Below are positions 61,188 through 64,000 of a stretch of DNA of 64,000 bases, one piece after another; positions within the stretch are counted from its first letter, which is position 1, and each line of letters begins with the position of its first letter. The stretch comes from Antedon mediterranea (Eukaryota > Animalia > Echinodermata): positions 8,923,812 through 8,987,811 of the forward strand of contig NC_092675.1 in assembly GCF_964355755.1 (NCBI RefSeq), in the 5' to 3' direction. The translations under genes were made by a program, and so were the position numbers. Below the pieces are notes generated by a model that searched no databases, was not told where the DNA came from, and worked only from the letters and a program-made list of their open reading frames with translations.

Positions 61188-61919
61188 ATGTTTAACTTTT
61201 TTAAATTATACTAAACAATGTTTATTTTACCTTTCAATTATGTTTTTTGACAGTAACTATAAGTTCTTTCTCAGTTATAATCTTGAACCGCAAGTAACCG
61301 AATGTCTACAACCGTACCAGGTTGCCTAGCCTGTGAATATCTGTTGTCGTACACCTGTTTTTATCTTTTTAATAATCCTAAAATATAGTCTCGTTTAAGT
61401 GTTTCTATTTTCCAAAAATGTGTTTATACTGTTGATGATAGTATAAGTAAATAAATTCAAACTGTAACCGCAATTAATCGAAAGTTTTTCAACTAAACTG
61501 CATTGAAAACAACGGTTCTCGTCCGATCACTGAAGTTAAACAAGTTGTTGTTCAAAGACATGTTTGTTGTTGTATGTTGCTGCTGTGGTGACGGTACAAA
61601 CGTCACTGTACTACGCGGGCGTCCACTTGTGTGCGCGTTTGATTCTTAGCAACAAAGCGGCCTGAATCTTTTGTACATGCCGCTAATGTGTTATGCTTCA
61701 TTGTACAGTGTTATTGTTTCCTTTATATTATCTTTTTAAGAACCTCAGTATAACTTTTTAAATTATACTAAACAAAGTTGAATTTACCTTTCAAGTATGT
61801 GTTTCTTCAACAGAAGTGGGTGTAAATATCAACGTCATGGTTTCAGCAGCTGCTAATTTCAATCCTAGAAAATGTTCTATAATAAATGAACAAAAGTATT
61901 AGGTTATAAGTAACCGAAC

Positions 61920-62039
61920 GTCTACAACCATACCATGTTGAAAACACCGGTTCTCGTCCGAACACCGCAGTTAAACAACGTCGGGCCTCGTTAGTACTTG
62001 GATGGGAGACCGCCTGGGAATACCTGGTGTCGTAGACCT
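61920..62039 (+). rRNA. 5S_rRNA: 5S rRNA (C17T,G70C)
   Basis: full-length copy; 62-bp upstream deletion. Confidence 0.9.
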
Positions 62040-62155
62040 ATGTTTAACTTTTTTAAATTATACTAAACAATGTTTATTTTACCTTTCAATTATGTTTTTT
62101 GACAGTAACTATAAGATCTTTCTAAGTTATAATCTTGAACCGCAAGTAACCGAAC

Positions 62156-62275
62156 GTCTACAACCATACCACGTTGAAAACACCGGTTCTCGTCCGAACA
62201 CCGCAGTTAAACAACGTCGGGCCTGGTTAGTACTTGGATGGGAGACCGCCTGGGAATACCTGGTGTCGTAGACCT
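62156..62275 (+). rRNA. 5S_rRNA: 5S rRNA
   Basis: full-length copy. Confidence 0.95.
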
Positions 62276-63069
62276 ATGTTTAACTTTTTTAAATTATACT
62301 AAACAATGTTTATTTTACCTTTCAATTATGTTTTTTGACAGTAACTATAAGATCTTTCTCAGTTATAATCTTGAACCGCAAGTAACCGAATGTCTACAAC
62401 CGTACCAGGTTGCCTAGCCTGTGAATATCTGTTGTCGTACACCATTTTTTATCTTTTTAATAATCCTAAAATATAGTCTCGTTTAAGTGTTTCTATTTTC
62501 CAAAAATGTGTTTATACTGTTGATGATAGTATAAGTAAATAAATTCAAACTGTAACCGCAATTAATCGAAAGTTTTTCAACTAAACTGCATTGAAAACAA
62601 CGGTTCTCGTCCGATCACTGAAGTTAAACAAGTTGTTGTTCAAAGACATGTTTGTTGTTGTATGTTGCTGCTGTGGTGACGGTACAAACGTCACTGTACT
62701 ACGCGGGCGTCCACTTGTGTGCGCGTTTGATTCTTAGCAACAACGCGGCCTGAATCTTTTGTACATGCCGCTATTGTGTTATGCTTCTTTGTACAGTGTT
62801 ATTGTTTCCTTTATATTATCTTTTTAAGAACCTCAGTATAACTTTTTAAATTATACTAAACAAAGTTGAATTTACCTTTCAAGTATGTGTTTCTTCAACA
62901 GAAGTGGGTGTAAATACCAACGTCATGGTTTCAGCAGCTGCTAATTTGAATCCTAGAAAATGTTCTATAATAAATGAACAAAACTATTAGGTTATAGGAT
63001 ATATATATTTATAGAGATTTTGACAGTGAATATAAGATGTATATATACTTGAACCGCAAGTAACCGAAC

Positions 63070-63189
63070 GTCTACAACCATACCACGTTGAAAACACCGG
63101 TTCTCGTCCGAACACTGCAGTTAAACAACGTCGGGCCTGGTTAGTACTTGGATGGGAGACCGCCTGGGAATACCTGGTGTCGTAGACCT
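63070..63189 (+). rRNA. 5S_rRNA: 5S rRNA (C47T)
   Basis: full-length copy. Confidence 0.92.
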
Positions 63190-63305
63190 ATGTTTAACTT
63201 TTTTAAATTATACTAAACAATGTTTATTTTACCTTTCAATTATGTTTTTTGACAGTAACTATAAGATCTTTCTCAGTTATAATCTTGAACCGCAAGGAAC
63301 CGAAT

Positions 63306-63425
63306 GTCTACAACCATACCACGTTGAAAACACCGGTTCTCGTCCGAACACCGCAGTTAAACAACGTCGGGCCTGGTTAGTACTTGGATGGGAGACCGCC
63401 TGGGAATACCTGGTGTCGTAGACCT
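63306..63425 (+). rRNA. 5S_rRNA: 5S rRNA
   Basis: full-length copy. Confidence 0.95.
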
Positions 63426-64000
63426 ATGTTTAACTTTTTTAAATTATACTAAATAAAGTTTATTTTACCTTTCAATTATATTTTTATGACAGTAACTATA
63501 AGATCTTTCTAAGTTATAATCTTGAACCGCAAGTAACCGAATGTCTACAACCGTACCAGGTTGCCTAGCCTGTGAATATCTGTTGTCGTACACCTGTTTT
63601 TATCTTTTTAATAATCCTAAAATATAGTCTCGTTTAAGTGTTTCGATTTTCCAAAAATGTGTTTATACTGTTGATGATAGTATAAGTAAATAAATTCAAA
63701 CTGTAACCGCAATTAATCGAAAGTTTTTCAACTAAACTGCATTGAAAACAACTGTTCTCGTCCGATCACTGAAGTTAAACAAGTTGTTGTTCAAAGACAT
63801 GTTTGTTGTTGTATGTTGCTGCTGTGGTGACGGTACAAACGTCACTGTACTACGCGGGCGTCCACTTGTGTGCGCGTTTGATTCTTAGCAACAAAGCGGC
63901 CTGAATCTTTTGTACATGCCGCTATTGTGTTATGCTTCTTTGTACAGTGTTATTATTTCCTTTATATTATCTTTTTAAGAACCTCAGTATAACTTTTTAA

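Larger units (their letters stand above)
1..64000 (+). repeat. 5S rDNA tandem array with higher-order structure: [2-4 x 236/237-bp 5S unit + 678-bp pseudogene block]n
   Basis: Same 120-nt 5S sequence recurs 126 times. The long block recurs 50 times. Cluster sizes: 29 of two, 16 of three, 5 of four. Confidence 0.98.

Noticed and set aside
54-63421. Dozens of near-identical 89-aa ORFs (MGDRLGIPG...)
   Set aside because: They run from 5S box C through the spacer into the next 5S. Their presence depends on 236 versus 237 spacer length and stop-creating SNPs. They are by-products of the rDNA repeat.
1-64000. CRISPR-like array next to a reverse transcriptase, or a retron/DGR system
   Set aside because: Repeats are eukaryotic 5S genes with near-identical spacers. 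The RT is a truncated LINE fragment and there are no cas or accessory genes.

Overview
The whole window is a eukaryotic (metazoan, probably invertebrate) 5S rDNA tandem array on the + strand. I count 126 5S rRNA gene copies, the first truncated by the window edge, in 236/237-bp units. They are grouped in clusters of 2-4. Each cluster is followed by a 678-bp block (616 or 680 bp in variants; 50 copies, the last truncated). The block holds an internally deleted 5S pseudogene, a 5'-half 5S pseudogene fused to a ~205-bp non-5S segment with three potential hairpins, and a spacer homolog carrying an extra ~125 bp. The only unique sequence is a young, 5'-truncated CR1/L2-group LINE (~11814-12884, uninterrupted RT C-terminal ORF) inserted in one pseudogene. 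The repeated 89-aa ORFs are artefacts of the repeat. The dominant 5S sequence differs from the usual metazoan consensus at several conserved positions. Diagnostic SNPs reveal nested higher-order duplications with offsets from 1.4 to 36.5 kb. Counts, coordinates and base pairings were derived by eye, not computed. Variant labels such as G70C use 5S numbering.
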